A stretch of 64,000 nt of DNA, taken from the IMG/VR virus record IMGVR_UViG_3300025141_000030. One strand, 5' to 3'. Source of the stretch: a virus. Of the stretch, positions 39,979 through 50,442 are shown one piece after another. The notes beneath the pieces are model-generated. The model ran no database searches. It saw nothing but the letters and a program-made list of their open reading frames with translations, and was not told the DNA's origin. Numbering within the stretch: the first letter of the stretch is position 1; every line of letters starts with the position of its first letter. The translations under genes and the position numbers were made by a program.

Positions 39979-40229
39979 TGCATGAAAAGAAGCACACCAA
40001 AAAAGTGGTAATCGAAGGAAAAAAGGAAGGCAAGAAAATTACGACTGCCAGGAGAGTGATTAATCCACGCCGTCGTATTGAAGATGTTCCGATGCCTGGT
40101 ACGGATGAGGAGTGGGACCAGTATTTCACTGATCACCAATATGGGTATGGGGCCGATTTAAAGAAGCATGCCCTAGATTATGCGACCGATGTCAGGCCCC
40201 TGGGTCCGTGGTTTGAAAGGCTTCCGTAG
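39978..40229 (+). CDS. hypothetical protein
   Basis: TGATG coupling; AAGGA RBS. Confidence 0.5.
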   Translation: MHEKKHTKKVVIEGKKEGKKITTARRVINPRRRIEDVPMPGTDEEWDQYFTDHQYGYGADLKKHALDYATDVRPLGPWFERLP

Positions 40230-40262
40230 TTTGTAATTTACGATATTAATTGACCTGCACAA

Positions 40263-40278
40263 TCCTATTTAATATAGG
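40263..40278 (+). promoter_or_regulatory. TCCTATTTAATATAGG element (identical copy at 23922-23937), containing TANTTA
   Basis: Exact 16-nt match at two intergenic sites; CCTAT/ATAGG inverted arms. Confidence 0.5.
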
Positions 40279-40280
40279 CA

Positions 40281-40727
40281 ATGATTATGAGAATAAGGCG
40301 ATCGACATTTAAGAAGATACTCCAGGAAGAGCTGGGATCCGCCGTGGTTAAGGGGACGGACGGCGGCCTCGGTGAGCAGGTCACGTTTGCAGAGTACACA
40401 TCCCAGAATTTTGATATATGCCCGGGTGCCGTTAAGGCTTTTGTTAGGCTTAAGGACTTGGTTTCCGAACAGGACGAAGTTGCGGTTGCGGAGGATGCCA
40501 TGGAATCTGTCGATGATCTTTTAGGGATTGAAAAGGATGCGCTTGCTAAGGGGTTCGCCACAGAGGATGAGTTTGATCAGATTCTCAATTTAGCCGGCCA
40601 TGCCCGCGTAAAGATTGGGCAACTCGGCGCCTTGATGGGAAAAAGTGTCGCCCAGGACTTTTCCTTTATTAACCAGCATATTATGACTGTTGCAAAAATG
40701 TTAGAGGGTAGACAAGATGAAGATTAA
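40281..40727 (+). CDS. hypothetical protein with conserved leader
   Basis: MRIRRSTFKKILQEEL; NFDICPGA motif. Confidence 0.6.
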   Translation: MIMRIRRSTFKKILQEELGSAVVKGTDGGLGEQVTFAEYTSQNFDICPGAVKAFVRLKDLVSEQDEVAVAEDAMESVDDLLGIEKDALAKGFATEDEFDQILNLAGHARVKIGQLGALMGKSVAQDFSFINQHIMTVAKMLEGRQDED

Positions 40728-41241
40728 CAGAGACAACTTGCGAAATTTAATTGCAAACACAATATCTGAAGAAGTTGGCACCCCCTCTTTTCCGTTAGAT
40801 CCGAACAAGGACGGGAACTTAACCCCAATGGAACTTTTTCATCACTTCGATCTCGACGGTGATGGCCAGGTTTCTGTGCAGGATTACGAAGAGCACGTGC
40901 GATGGCACTGTAAAAACGATGATGGCTTTCAGCAGGAAATGACAATCGAGCAGACGGTGCCGCTCCACCTGGCCGACTCCTCTATTCATGGCACTGGTGT
41001 CTTCGCTACCGATGACATACCAGCAGGAACTAACTTGGGTATTTCTCACATAGCTGCAGGTGATGGGTTTATTCCTACTAACCTTGGTGCCTTTCACAAT
41101 CACAGCGCTGAGCCTAATGCCGGGAATGCCCTACGCCGCGGCGTTCGAAGGATTTTTGCGTTGACTGACATACCAGCTGGGACTGAAATAACCGTGGATT
41201 ATGTCCAGCAACCCGACCTCGAGCAGCCGGATAATTTTTAA
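40717..41241 (+). CDS. leader + EF-hand pair + SET domain protein
   Basis: DPNKDGNLTPME and DLDGDGQVSVQD EF loops; SSIHGTGVFA, NHSAEPNA, DIPAGTEITVDY SET motifs. Confidence 0.8.
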   Translation: MKINRDNLRNLIANTISEEVGTPSFPLDPNKDGNLTPMELFHHFDLDGDGQVSVQDYEEHVRWHCKNDDGFQQEMTIEQTVPLHLADSSIHGTGVFATDDIPAGTNLGISHIAAGDGFIPTNLGAFHNHSAEPNAGNALRRGVRRIFALTDIPAGTEITVDYVQQPDLEQPDNF

Positions 41242-41249
41242 AATATAGC

Positions 41250-41277
41250 TGTAAAGTCGTACGCCAGATGTTATATT
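41250..41277 (+). promoter_or_regulatory. TGTAAA-N16-TATATT promoter-like motif
   Basis: Heads the tightly coupled 41288-50381 gene run. Confidence 0.55.
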
Positions 41278-41287
41278 AGACAGGCTG

Positions 41288-42925
41288 GTGAAAATGACTG
41301 TAAATTACGATAAATTTTTTCCCTATGAGTCAATTAGGGAATCCCAGCGTACTGCCATTGAGCGTACGCTTTCTGCTTTTAATGCGGGTAAGCGTTTTGT
41401 AATTGTTGAGGGGGGCACCGGCGTCGGAAAGTCGGCAATCGGTGTGACTGTAGCGCGTTATTTTGATAGTTTTACAACACTCCCAGCGGAGGGGTACAAG
41501 CGTGGCGCTTATTTTGTGACGACCCAAAAGCTCCTTCAGGACCAGTACACCTCTGATTTCGGTATACCATCCGGAGTGATGACGTCTATTAAGTCATCCA
41601 CTAACTATCAGTGCAAGTTTCACAAGACGAACAGTTGTTCAGAATCGCAGTCAGCATTAAGGACGGAGCCTCGAGACAGTAAATTCTTCAAGACGTGCAC
41701 TAAGTCATGCCGCTATAAGCTTGCCAAGAAGGATTTTTTGAATTCTGCCGAGTCGGTTACAAATTTTCCTTACATGCTGACTGAAGCGAACTATTCGGGA
41801 AAAATTGTGCCTCGAGAATTGCTAGTTGTCGATGAGGCACACAATGCCGAGTCGGAGCTAAGCAAGTTTGTGGAAGTCACCGTCTCTGAGAGGTTTTGCC
41901 GACAGATGCTTGACATTCCCTGGCCTCGAAAGACCACGCAGTTCCAGGCATTTAAGTGGATCAGGGACGTCTATTTTCCAAAGATCAAGCGACAGCGGGA
42001 CCATGTCGAGAAGATGATTGACCGATTCTCAGACTTGGAAAAGACGATGAAGGAGTTCGGAAAGATCGCCCGCGAGTTCGACCTCCTTAGGGGCCACTGC
42101 GGGAGGCTTGAGACTTTTCTTAGTGTCTATGATGCCGACAACTGGGTCTTTGAAAATGTTGCCGCCTTTGGTAGGTCGAAGAGAAAGATGACATTTAGGG
42201 CGATTGATATTGCCCCCTTTGCCGATGCCTATCTCCTTAGGCTGGGAGAGCGTGTGCTGCTGATGAGCGCTACGATCCTTGACAAGGAGGCGTTCTGTCG
42301 ATCCCTTGGGATCCGTCAGCCGGATGCCGAATTTATCAGCATTCCGTCTCCGTTTCCCATCGACCACCGCCCGGTCTTTTCGTTAGGTGTTGGGAGTATG
42401 AACAAGAGCAATATCGAGTCCTCCTTGCCTAAATTGACAGCCACGATCCAGGAGATTTTAAACCAACATAAGGGCGAGAAGGGGATTATTCACACCCACA
42501 CATTTCGTATCGCCAAGGCAATTAAATTCGGAATTAAAGGCTCAGCCAGCAAGCGACTTCTAATCCACACATCAGATGATCGCGAGGAGGTCCTGAGGCA
42601 TCACCTGAGCTCCCCTGAGCCTACCGTCCTATTATCACCATCTATGACTGAAGGGGTTGACCTCAAGGGCGACCTGAGTCGCTTCCAGGTGGTCTGCAAG
42701 GTGCCTTACCCCTACTACGGGGATCCCCTGGTGAGAAAGCGAATGAACAAGTGGTCATGGTGGTACCCACTGCAAACAGCCAAGACGCTGATCCAGGCAT
42801 CGGGTCGAAGTATTCGTGACGCTAATGACTACGCCGTTACCTACATTCTCGACGCAGACTGGATATCATTCTTTGGTCGATCCGGTCGTTTCTTTCCTGC
42901 GGACTTTAAGGAAAGGCTTCAGTGA
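41288..42925 (+). CDS. DinG/XPD-like superfamily 2 helicase
   Basis: RESQ Q-motif, GTGVGKS, DEAH, MSAT, EGVD, KVPYP, QASGRSIR. Confidence 0.88.
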   Translation: MKMTVNYDKFFPYESIRESQRTAIERTLSAFNAGKRFVIVEGGTGVGKSAIGVTVARYFDSFTTLPAEGYKRGAYFVTTQKLLQDQYTSDFGIPSGVMTSIKSSTNYQCKFHKTNSCSESQSALRTEPRDSKFFKTCTKSCRYKLAKKDFLNSAESVTNFPYMLTEANYSGKIVPRELLVVDEAHNAESELSKFVEVTVSERFCRQMLDIPWPRKTTQFQAFKWIRDVYFPKIKRQRDHVEKMIDRFSDLEKTMKEFGKIAREFDLLRGHCGRLETFLSVYDADNWVFENVAAFGRSKRKMTFRAIDIAPFADAYLLRLGERVLLMSATILDKEAFCRSLGIRQPDAEFISIPSPFPIDHRPVFSLGVGSMNKSNIESSLPKLTATIQEILNQHKGEKGIIHTHTFRIAKAIKFGIKGSASKRLLIHTSDDREEVLRHHLSSPEPTVLLSPSMTEGVDLKGDLSRFQVVCKVPYPYYGDPLVRKRMNKWSWWYPLQTAKTLIQASGRSIRDANDYAVTYILDADWISFFGRSGRFFPADFKERLQ

Positions 42926-43656
42926 GAATTATTCCTATTAGTGACCTTCATGTTGACAAGATGAGGCCAGGGACGTTGGAGGAGATGATCGAGGCCATTC
43001 CCGGCGATATTGATGTGCTAGTTGTCGCCGGAGATGTGAGTGATTCTGCAGGAAGAGTCCCGTCTCTTTTTCAGGCGCTGTGTGGGCGATTTAAAGATGT
43101 CATTTATGTCCTGGGTAATCACGAGTATTACCACAACTCAGTTGAGGATTTACGCGGTATAATGAGCGGACTGGTCGATACATACACTAATCTTCACTGG
43201 CTGGATAATAGCACCGTAACTTTGGGTGGCGTTAGGTTTGTTGGGTCCACGCTTTGGTTCCCATTTCAGGAAGCGAACAAGGCATACGAGCGACCTATGA
43301 GTGATTTTGGTCAAATTCCAGAATTTCGTGAGTGGGTGTATCAGGAGAATCGAAAGGCGCGGGATTTTTTACAGGATACGATCAGGTCAGATGATGTGGT
43401 GATTACTCACTTCTTGCCAAGCGATCGATCTGTGGCACACCAGTACATGGCATCGCCATTTAACAGGTTTTTTGTGTGCTCAATGGATAGCCTGATTGAG
43501 GAGGTGCAGCCTCGATACTGGATTCACGGCCACACCCACTCTGCCTGCCTCTATAAAATTAATAAAACGAGTGTGGTGTGTAACCCTTTTGGGTATGAAA
43601 TAATAGATGAGGTTAGCGGTTTTTGTCCGTGGTTGATCCTGGAGATTGAAGTATGA
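42922..43656 (+). CDS. calcineurin-like metallophosphoesterase
   Basis: SDLH, AGD, GNHEYY, THFLP, HGHTH. Confidence 0.88.
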   Translation: MRIIPISDLHVDKMRPGTLEEMIEAIPGDIDVLVVAGDVSDSAGRVPSLFQALCGRFKDVIYVLGNHEYYHNSVEDLRGIMSGLVDTYTNLHWLDNSTVTLGGVRFVGSTLWFPFQEANKAYERPMSDFGQIPEFREWVYQENRKARDFLQDTIRSDDVVITHFLPSDRSVAHQYMASPFNRFFVCSMDSLIEEVQPRYWIHGHTHSACLYKINKTSVVCNPFGYEIIDEVSGFCPWLILEIEV

Positions 43657-44660
43657 TAAGTGCAATTTGTTTCGACGATGTTTTACTGGTACCACAAATG
43701 TCCACAATTAAATCTAGGGCAGAGATTGATATTGGGTCTAGCTTGGATAGCAATATTCGACTTGATATTCCCATAATTTCTAGCCCTATGGACACTATTA
43801 GTACATCACCAATGGCCTCGGCCATGGACAGCCTGGGCGGTATGTCAATTATTCATCGCTATAATTCAATAGACACCCAGTGTCGACATGTTGAGTGCCT
43901 GCCAGCCGATCTTGCCGTTGGAGCAGCTGTTGGTGTCAGTGGTGATTATATTGAGCGGGCTACCGCGCTTTATGATGCCGGCGCCCGAATTCTATGTGTG
44001 GACATTGCCCATGGTCACCACATCCTTATGAAGAAGGCACTTATTTCTTTGCGTGAAATTTTTGGCGATGTGGTGCATCTAATGGCAGGCAATGTAGCCA
44101 CGCTGGAAGGATTTAATGACCTTGCTGATTGGGGAGCCGATTCTATTCGGGTGGGAATAGGAGGCGGAAGCATATGCTCCACCCGCACACAGACAGGCCA
44201 TGGTATGCCAACGCTAGAGTCGATTATGAGGTGTGCTCAGTCAGATCGAAATGTAACACTAATTGCTGATGGCGGCCTTAGGACATCAGGGGATATTGTA
44301 AAGGCCTTGGCGGCTGGTGCTGACTTTGTCATGCTGGGATCCATGCTCGCTGGAACAGAGGAGTCCCCTGGTGAAATGATTGTTGTGAACGGGGAGGCAC
44401 GAAAGGTCTATCGTGGAATGGCGAGTAAGGACGCGCAGATTGATTGGCGTGGCCACACTGCATCGATCGAGGGGGTCTCTTCCACTGTTCCTTATCGTGG
44501 GAGTGTTCGAGGTCGTATTGATGAGATCTGCACCGGGATACGTAGCGGCCTGTCATACGCAGGGGCTCGGAACATTTCAGAATTGCAGGCGAAGGCCCAG
44601 TTTATGAATCAGTCCTCCTCAGGAACGAGGGAGGGGCTTACCCACATTAATTTGCGATGA
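43653..44660 (+). CDS. GMP reductase / IMP dehydrogenase family (no CBS domains)
   Basis: [40 protein letters not shown]. Confidence 0.88.
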   Translation: MISAICFDDVLLVPQMSTIKSRAEIDIGSSLDSNIRLDIPIISSPMDTISTSPMASAMDSLGGMSIIHRYNSIDTQCRHVECLPADLAVGAAVGVSGDYIERATALYDAGARILCVDIAHGHHILMKKALISLREIFGDVVHLMAGNVATLEGFNDLADWGADSIRVGIGGGSICSTRTQTGHGMPTLESIMRCAQSDRNVTLIADGGLRTSGDIVKALAAGADFVMLGSMLAGTEESPGEMIVVNGEARKVYRGMASKDAQIDWRGHTASIEGVSSTVPYRGSVRGRIDEICTGIRSGLSYAGARNISELQAKAQFMNQSSSGTREGLTHINLR

Positions 44661-44920
44661 ACAAGCGGTGGAAAGTCTATATAGTTTGTTGTGCTGACAA
44701 CTCGCTGTACACAGGTATTACGGTGGATCTTGACAGAAGGTTGAAGGCCCACAATTCAGGTCGCGGCTCTAAATATACACGCAGCAGAAGGCCGGTGACT
44801 TTAGTTTATGTGGGGCCTGTTGTCGAGCAAGGTGATGCCTTGAGGGAGGAAAAGAGAATTAAATCTTTAACTAGGGCTCAAAAATTAATGATAATAAAGG
44901 AATATTCCGAGGAGGAATAA
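44657..44920 (+). CDS. stand-alone GIY-YIG nuclease (UPF0213-like)
   Basis: VYIV..DNSLYTGIT..RRLKAHN.G.GSKYTRSRRPV..ALREE..IK. Confidence 0.85.
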   Translation: MNKRWKVYIVCCADNSLYTGITVDLDRRLKAHNSGRGSKYTRSRRPVTLVYVGPVVEQGDALREEKRIKSLTRAQKLMIIKEYSEEE

Positions 44921-45852
44921 TGGCAATTGATAAGCACTTTTATAACGAAGCATCCGCTGCGAAGCTCAGCTGGGATCCCTCTTGGTTTGGTGAGGAAGAG
45001 TTTGGAGAAGAGCTGATAAAGGCAGTTAAAAAGTTTCAGCGGTCTCACGGCCTCACTGCTGACGGGCTAGTTGGACCAGTAACATATCGACGTATCTGGA
45101 CCGATCGAGAGGCAAACATTAGCGCTACATCTGCCGGGCCATCTGGCAGGCTGATGAGGGTTTCTTCCAATAATCACATTGTGCACAATGGCAATCTTTA
45201 TCCTATTGACTGGGATGCCGTTGTGCTGTGGGATGAGGCTGATGGACTGACCACGAAGGAGGGTCAGTACTACTCTTACGCTGGAAAGCCCGATCGAAAG
45301 CCAACACTTTTTGTCAATCATTGGGACGTTTGTTTATCATCCAAGTCCTGCGCTAAGGTGCTTGCACAGCGCGGCATATCAATTCATTTTTGTATTGATA
45401 ATGATGGCACCATTTATCAGCTTTTAGATACCCAGCACGGCGCCTGGCATGCCGGAGGTCGTTCTTGGAATCAATCGAGTATCGGTGTGGAGATTAGTAA
45501 CGCGTACTATCTTAAGTACCAACAGAACTATGTGAAGATGGGATTTGATGAGCGACCGCTTGTTGAGGGAGCCACATGCCATGGTCAAAATATGAAGCCG
45601 TTTACAGACTTTTATCCAGTTCAGCTGGAGGCGCTAAAGGCGCTTTGGGTCGCCGTTCACAATGCAGTTGGCATTCCGCTTGAGTGCCCAACTGATGATG
45701 ATGGCAAGCTTGTGACAACAGTAGATGCAGATAGCATTAATAATAAATTTGAAGGTTTCGTTAACCATTACAATCTTACACGTAAAAAGATTGACTGCGC
45801 AGGCCTTGACCTAGTTGGTTTGCTGCAGCAGGCCAAGGCAATGAAAGGATGA
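44920..45852 (+). CDS. endolysin: peptidoglycan-binding domain + N-acetylmuramoyl-L-alanine amidase
   Basis: AVKKFQRSHGLTADGLVGPVT; SIHFCID.DG.IYQ, AWHAG, SIGVEI, H...KID. Confidence 0.85.
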   Translation: MAIDKHFYNEASAAKLSWDPSWFGEEEFGEELIKAVKKFQRSHGLTADGLVGPVTYRRIWTDREANISATSAGPSGRLMRVSSNNHIVHNGNLYPIDWDAVVLWDEADGLTTKEGQYYSYAGKPDRKPTLFVNHWDVCLSSKSCAKVLAQRGISIHFCIDNDGTIYQLLDTQHGAWHAGGRSWNQSSIGVEISNAYYLKYQQNYVKMGFDERPLVEGATCHGQNMKPFTDFYPVQLEALKALWVAVHNAVGIPLECPTDDDGKLVTTVDADSINNKFEGFVNHYNLTRKKIDCAGLDLVGLLQQAKAMKG

Positions 45853-45853
45853 T

Positions 45854-47425
45854 ATGATTACAGTAACAGGGGATAATGTTTATCCAGAAATTTTAACACG
45901 AGAGGCGTTGGTCTTTCTTGAGTCGCTGCATACTATGTTCATGCCTATTAGAAATGAGCACCTTACCACCCGTGCTGAACTAGCGCAGCATCGCAGGACC
46001 ACAGGATCGGGCCTAGATTTTCCATTTGTTACTGCAGGTGTTCGATCAGCCGACTGGAAGTGCGCCCCCATCCCACCAGACCTCCGCGACCGCCGTGTCG
46101 AGATTACCGGTCCCACTGATCGAAAGATGGTTATAAATGCCTTAAATTCAGGAGCCAAGGTATTCATGGCGGACTTTGAGGACTCTTTGTCACCTACGTG
46201 GAGCAATGTCATGGAGGGCCAGGTTAATTTACGTGATGCCGTTAGGGAGACTATCACATATGAGCATCCTACCAAAGGAACGTACAAGCTGCAGGACTCG
46301 CCTGCCGTTTTAATGGCCCGTCCTCGAGGCCTCCACCTGTTAGAGGAAAATATCTGCGTTGACGATGAGCCGATGTCGGCCAGCCTTGTTGACTTCGGGC
46401 TTTACTTTTTTCATAACACACAGGCCTTAATTGAAAAAGATTCTGGTCCGTATTTTTACCTACCTAAGCTTGAATCGGCCGGCGAGGCTAATCTATGGAA
46501 CTGCATATTTGAGTATGCTCAGGACTACCTGGGTGTTCCCCGAGGAACTATTCGGGCGACCGTGTTGATTGAGACGCTTCCAGCTGCCTTCGAGATGGAG
46601 GAAATTTTATATGCTCTGCGCGATCACTCTGCTGGTCTTAACTGCGGCCGCTGGGATTACATCTTCAGCTATATAAAGACCGTCGGCCATGACCCAAGGT
46701 ATATCTTGCCGGATCGATCTCAGGTGACAATGACGTCTCCCTTTATGGACGCTTACGTTCGTAAGCTTATTGACACCTGCCACCGTCGCGGAGTGCATGC
46801 CATGGGAGGCATGGCAGCTCAGATTCCTATTAAGAACGATCCCCAGGCTAATAGGTTGGCTTTGGAGGCTGTGAGTCGTGACAAGTCTCGCGAGGTTAAC
46901 ATGGGCCATGATGGGACATGGGTCGCTCATCCTGCGCTGGTTTCGCTAGCCACAGAGATTTTTGACTCGGCGATGCCCTCTCCTAACCAGATAAGCGTAC
47001 CCACAGCTGCAGACATTATTGCTGTGTCAGCTTCTGACTTGGTTTCACCAGCTACGGGTACCTCTACTCGCGAGGGATTAATTAAGAACATTGACATTGC
47101 ATTGCGATATATAGAATCGTGGCTGCGAGGAGCCGGGTGTGTTCCGCTTTATAACATGATGGAAGACGCAGCTACAGCCGAGATATCCCGAGCCCAGATC
47201 TGGCAGTGGGTATATCATGGATTGACGCTGGATTCTGGTGAGCTAGTCACAATGAAACTTGTCAATGATTACATTGCTGATATTGTTGGTAAAATTCAAA
47301 ATGAGCATAAAAACTTTTTAGAAAGCAGGATCGAGGATGCAGCCTGGATTCTTCGGGAGACTACCCTTGCTAGTGAGATGACTCCCTTTTTAACACTTGA
47401 AGCATATGAAATGCTGGAGAACTGA
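45854..47425 (+). CDS. aceB: malate synthase A
   Basis: RRVEITGP, MADFEDS, RPRGLHL, YLPKLE, LNCGRWDYIFS, DGTWVAHP, MEDAATAEISRAQ. Confidence 0.96.
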   Translation: MITVTGDNVYPEILTREALVFLESLHTMFMPIRNEHLTTRAELAQHRRTTGSGLDFPFVTAGVRSADWKCAPIPPDLRDRRVEITGPTDRKMVINALNSGAKVFMADFEDSLSPTWSNVMEGQVNLRDAVRETITYEHPTKGTYKLQDSPAVLMARPRGLHLLEENICVDDEPMSASLVDFGLYFFHNTQALIEKDSGPYFYLPKLESAGEANLWNCIFEYAQDYLGVPRGTIRATVLIETLPAAFEMEEILYALRDHSAGLNCGRWDYIFSYIKTVGHDPRYILPDRSQVTMTSPFMDAYVRKLIDTCHRRGVHAMGGMAAQIPIKNDPQANRLALEAVSRDKSREVNMGHDGTWVAHPALVSLATEIFDSAMPSPNQISVPTAADIIAVSASDLVSPATGTSTREGLIKNIDIALRYIESWLRGAGCVPLYNMMEDAATAEISRAQIWQWVYHGLTLDSGELVTMKLVNDYIADIVGKIQNEHKNFLESRIEDAAWILRETTLASEMTPFLTLEAYEMLEN

Positions 47426-47432
47426 CTAAGAA

Positions 47433-48677
47433 ATGACTGACAGATGGAACGGGATTAAAAGGGATTACACGGAGGAGGATGTAAATCGCCTGCGTGGAAG
47501 CATTAGGGTTGAGCACACTCTTGCTCGAAGGGGTGCCATACGCCTTTGGCAGGCGATGACATCAGGTGCGACTGTTCGTGCCTTAGGAGCCCTGACTGGT
47601 AATCAGGCTGTTCAGCAGGTGCGCGCCGGCCTTGGAGGTGTTTATGTTAGCGGGTGGCAGGTTGCTGCTGACAATAATCTTTCTGGTCACATGTACCCGG
47701 ATCAGAGTCTTTATCCTGCCAACAGCGTTCCTAACCTTGTCAAGAAAATAAATCAAGCGCTGCAGCGTGCTGATCAGGTCGAGAGCTCGGAAGGCGAAGT
47801 AAGTCGAGATTGGTTTGCCCCTATCGTCGCTGATGCCGAAGCAGGCTTTGGCGGACCGCTCAATGCCTTTGAGATGATGAAGGGCATGATCGAGGCCGGA
47901 GCTGCCGGCGTTCACTTTGAGGATCAGCTAAGCTCTGAAAAGAAGTGCGGCCACCTCGGCGGCAAGGTGCTAGTTCCAACATCCCATTTTATTCGCACCC
48001 TGAAGGCTGCCCGCCTTGCTGCTGATGTCATGGACGTCCCGTCCGTTTTAATTGCGCGCACTGATGCCAACAGCGCCAAGCTTTTGACTTCCGACGTGGA
48101 TGAGAGGGATCGCCGATTTATTACGAGAAGTGGAGGCACCCTTGATCGGACTCCGGAAGGATTTTATAGGATAACAGGCGGACTAGATGTGGCGATCGCA
48201 CGTGGCCTAGCCTACGCGCCGTATGCTGACATGATCTGGTGTGAAACATCAACACCCAGTATAGAAGAGGCACGCCAATTTGCTAGCGCAATTCATGAAA
48301 GATTCCCCGGGAAGATGTTGGCATACAACTGCTCGCCTTCATTTAACTGGTCAAAACACCTGAAAGCCCCTGAGATTCGTACATTCCAGGATCAGCTTGC
48401 TGAAATGGGATACATGTTTCAGTTCGTGACATTGGCTGGGTTTCATTCCCTTAACATGGGAATGTTTGAGCTGGCCAGAAATTATGAGAGCACTGGGATG
48501 AAGGCATATTCAGAACTTCAAAATCATGAGTTCAATCAGGCGCATCTCGGCTACACGGCCGTTAAGCACCAGCGCGAGGTTGGGACTGGTTACTTTGATG
48601 ATGTCTCTAACGTGATATCAGGAGGCACATCTTCTACTACTGCTATGGCTGAATCTACTGAGTCGGAGCAATTCTGA
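47433..48677 (+). CDS. aceA: isocitrate lyase
   Basis: [61 protein letters not shown]. Confidence 0.97.
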   Translation: MTDRWNGIKRDYTEEDVNRLRGSIRVEHTLARRGAIRLWQAMTSGATVRALGALTGNQAVQQVRAGLGGVYVSGWQVAADNNLSGHMYPDQSLYPANSVPNLVKKINQALQRADQVESSEGEVSRDWFAPIVADAEAGFGGPLNAFEMMKGMIEAGAAGVHFEDQLSSEKKCGHLGGKVLVPTSHFIRTLKAARLAADVMDVPSVLIARTDANSAKLLTSDVDERDRRFITRSGGTLDRTPEGFYRITGGLDVAIARGLAYAPYADMIWCETSTPSIEEARQFASAIHERFPGKMLAYNCSPSFNWSKHLKAPEIRTFQDQLAEMGYMFQFVTLAGFHSLNMGMFELARNYESTGMKAYSELQNHEFNQAHLGYTAVKHQREVGTGYFDDVSNVISGGTSSTTAMAESTESEQF

Positions 48678-48686
48678 GAGTGTATA

Positions 48687-50381
48687 ATGCAACACAATTC
48701 GAGGCCTTTTGATGTTCGTTATTTAACGAACCCACCACAGGTCGAGCTAAGGTCGCTGGCCCTTGATCACACTCCTTGTGTTTTTGAGACAGCCTACGGC
48801 AATATTATGAAGGTGAGCCGGAATAAGGCTCGAATGGCTAAGTATACCTACGTCATAGATAGCTTAGATAATTCCTATCTTTATTCACACCAGGTCATGG
48901 AGCGCCCTCAAGCTGACGCTCTTATTGATAGGCAGCGCCAGTATATCGAGGCCCGTGGTGAGCTGATCGATATCCGGGGCTCTTTGGGGGTAGGTTCGAG
49001 AGCTGTGCCGGTGCAGTGGCTTTACACACTCGAGGCTGCCAACATTGCGGGCATGCAGGCACATATGACATTCTTGGATAGCAGCGCTGCTCCTGATCCT
49101 ACATTTCAGATAATTTATACGCCAGGCCTCCAGCTTGAAGATATGCCAGGTGGCCAAGTCATATTGGTGGATTTGGCAAATTACATCACGTACATCATCG
49201 GGCCCGATTATTTTGGTGAGTCTAAGAAGGCAGCACTGCGTATGCTCAATGACTACGTTTATGAGAGAGGTGGCCTTGTGCTTCATGCAGGTGCTAAGCT
49301 TGTAGAAAAGGATGGTGAGCGCATGACAATGACAATCATGGGCTTATCTGGCACTGGGAAGACGACGACAACATTTTCACGCCAGGGTGATTTAACGCAG
49401 CCAATTCAGGACGATATGGTCGCGATCTGGCCCGAGGGAGAGATGTCAGTTACAGAGTCCGGGTGTTTTGCCAAGACATTTGGACTGACTCGATCAGCTG
49501 AGCCAGTTATTTATGATGGCACTTTAGATCCATCGGCTTGGGTAGAAAATACTTTTATTGACGAAGTCGGCCGGTTTGATTTTCACAAGACAGCTATGAA
49601 TAAGTTTGATGTCCATCGCTTTAGGGCCGTCTTAAATTTAACCGGTTTTGACGATGATAAAATCGAGGCATTTCTTTCTGGTGAGATAGATCGAGAGTGT
49701 GTAGTCGATAATACAGGTGTGCTTGAGGATGGGTGGGAATTTATTGATTGGACTCAAAACGGTCGGTCTGTTATACCCATGTCGGTCATCGAGAATGTAG
49801 CTGACCTTACCAATATTCCCAGCGTCTCCAGCATGGGTATTTTAAACAGAGATGAAGGCACCGATGCCGGCACCCCAGGCATTGTAAGGTTTTCAAGTCC
49901 GGATCAGGCAGCAGCCTATTTTATGTTGGGGGAGACCACGAAGACCTCGGCAGCCGGTAAGGAAGTGGGCAAGACACGGTCTCCCTTCACACAGCCGTTT
50001 TTTCCCCGATCTTTCGGCCTTCAAGCTAGCAGGTTTTCTGAGCTGGTGGCATCGATGCCGTCTACGAGCTTGTGGATGATGAACACGGGATATGTAGGAT
50101 CCAATATTAAGGTGAAGATTCGTCACTCCTCAGCTATGCTGGAGGCGCTTTTGGCGGGCAATATTGCCTGGAAGACCGATCCTGATTTTGGCTATGACAT
50201 TGTGGACATAGATTCCCCGGCTAATGTCGACCTCCTCGCCACCGTCCCGGCTGAGATATTAAATCCCACCCTCGCTATTGAGGAAGAGATATACCGGGAC
50301 TGGGTTGAACGAATGAAAAAAGATCGCCGTGAGTTTCTACGATCTCATAATGTCGCCGCGACTATTATTAATACAATTTAA
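48687..50381 (+). CDS. pckA: phosphoenolpyruvate carboxykinase (ATP-type, divergent)
   Basis: YFGESKK, LHAG, GLSGTGKTT, QDD, ExGCFAK, NGR, NTG motifs. Confidence 0.85.
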   Translation: MQHNSRPFDVRYLTNPPQVELRSLALDHTPCVFETAYGNIMKVSRNKARMAKYTYVIDSLDNSYLYSHQVMERPQADALIDRQRQYIEARGELIDIRGSLGVGSRAVPVQWLYTLEAANIAGMQAHMTFLDSSAAPDPTFQIIYTPGLQLEDMPGGQVILVDLANYITYIIGPDYFGESKKAALRMLNDYVYERGGLVLHAGAKLVEKDGERMTMTIMGLSGTGKTTTTFSRQGDLTQPIQDDMVAIWPEGEMSVTESGCFAKTFGLTRSAEPVIYDGTLDPSAWVENTFIDEVGRFDFHKTAMNKFDVHRFRAVLNLTGFDDDKIEAFLSGEIDRECVVDNTGVLEDGWEFIDWTQNGRSVIPMSVIENVADLTNIPSVSSMGILNRDEGTDAGTPGIVRFSSPDQAAAYFMLGETTKTSAAGKEVGKTRSPFTQPFFPRSFGLQASRFSELVASMPSTSLWMMNTGYVGSNIKVKIRHSSAMLEALLAGNIAWKTDPDFGYDIVDIDSPANVDLLATVPAEILNPTLAIEEEIYRDWVERMKKDRREFLRSHNVAATIINTI

Positions 50382-50384
50382 ACC

Positions 50385-50412
50385 TGTACATCTTATAAAC
50401 TGTGATTAAATT
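50385..50412 (+). promoter_or_regulatory. TGTACA-N16-TAAATT promoter-like motif upstream of dnaK
   Basis: Same bipartite motif and spacing. Confidence 0.5.
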
Positions 50413-50442
50413 AAGGCAGTTACGTTGAAAGGATGGACCAAT

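Noticed and set aside
44657-44920. Homing endonuclease or mobile element
   Set aside because: An 87-aa catalytic-only UPF0213-type protein with no DNA-binding extension and no intron context
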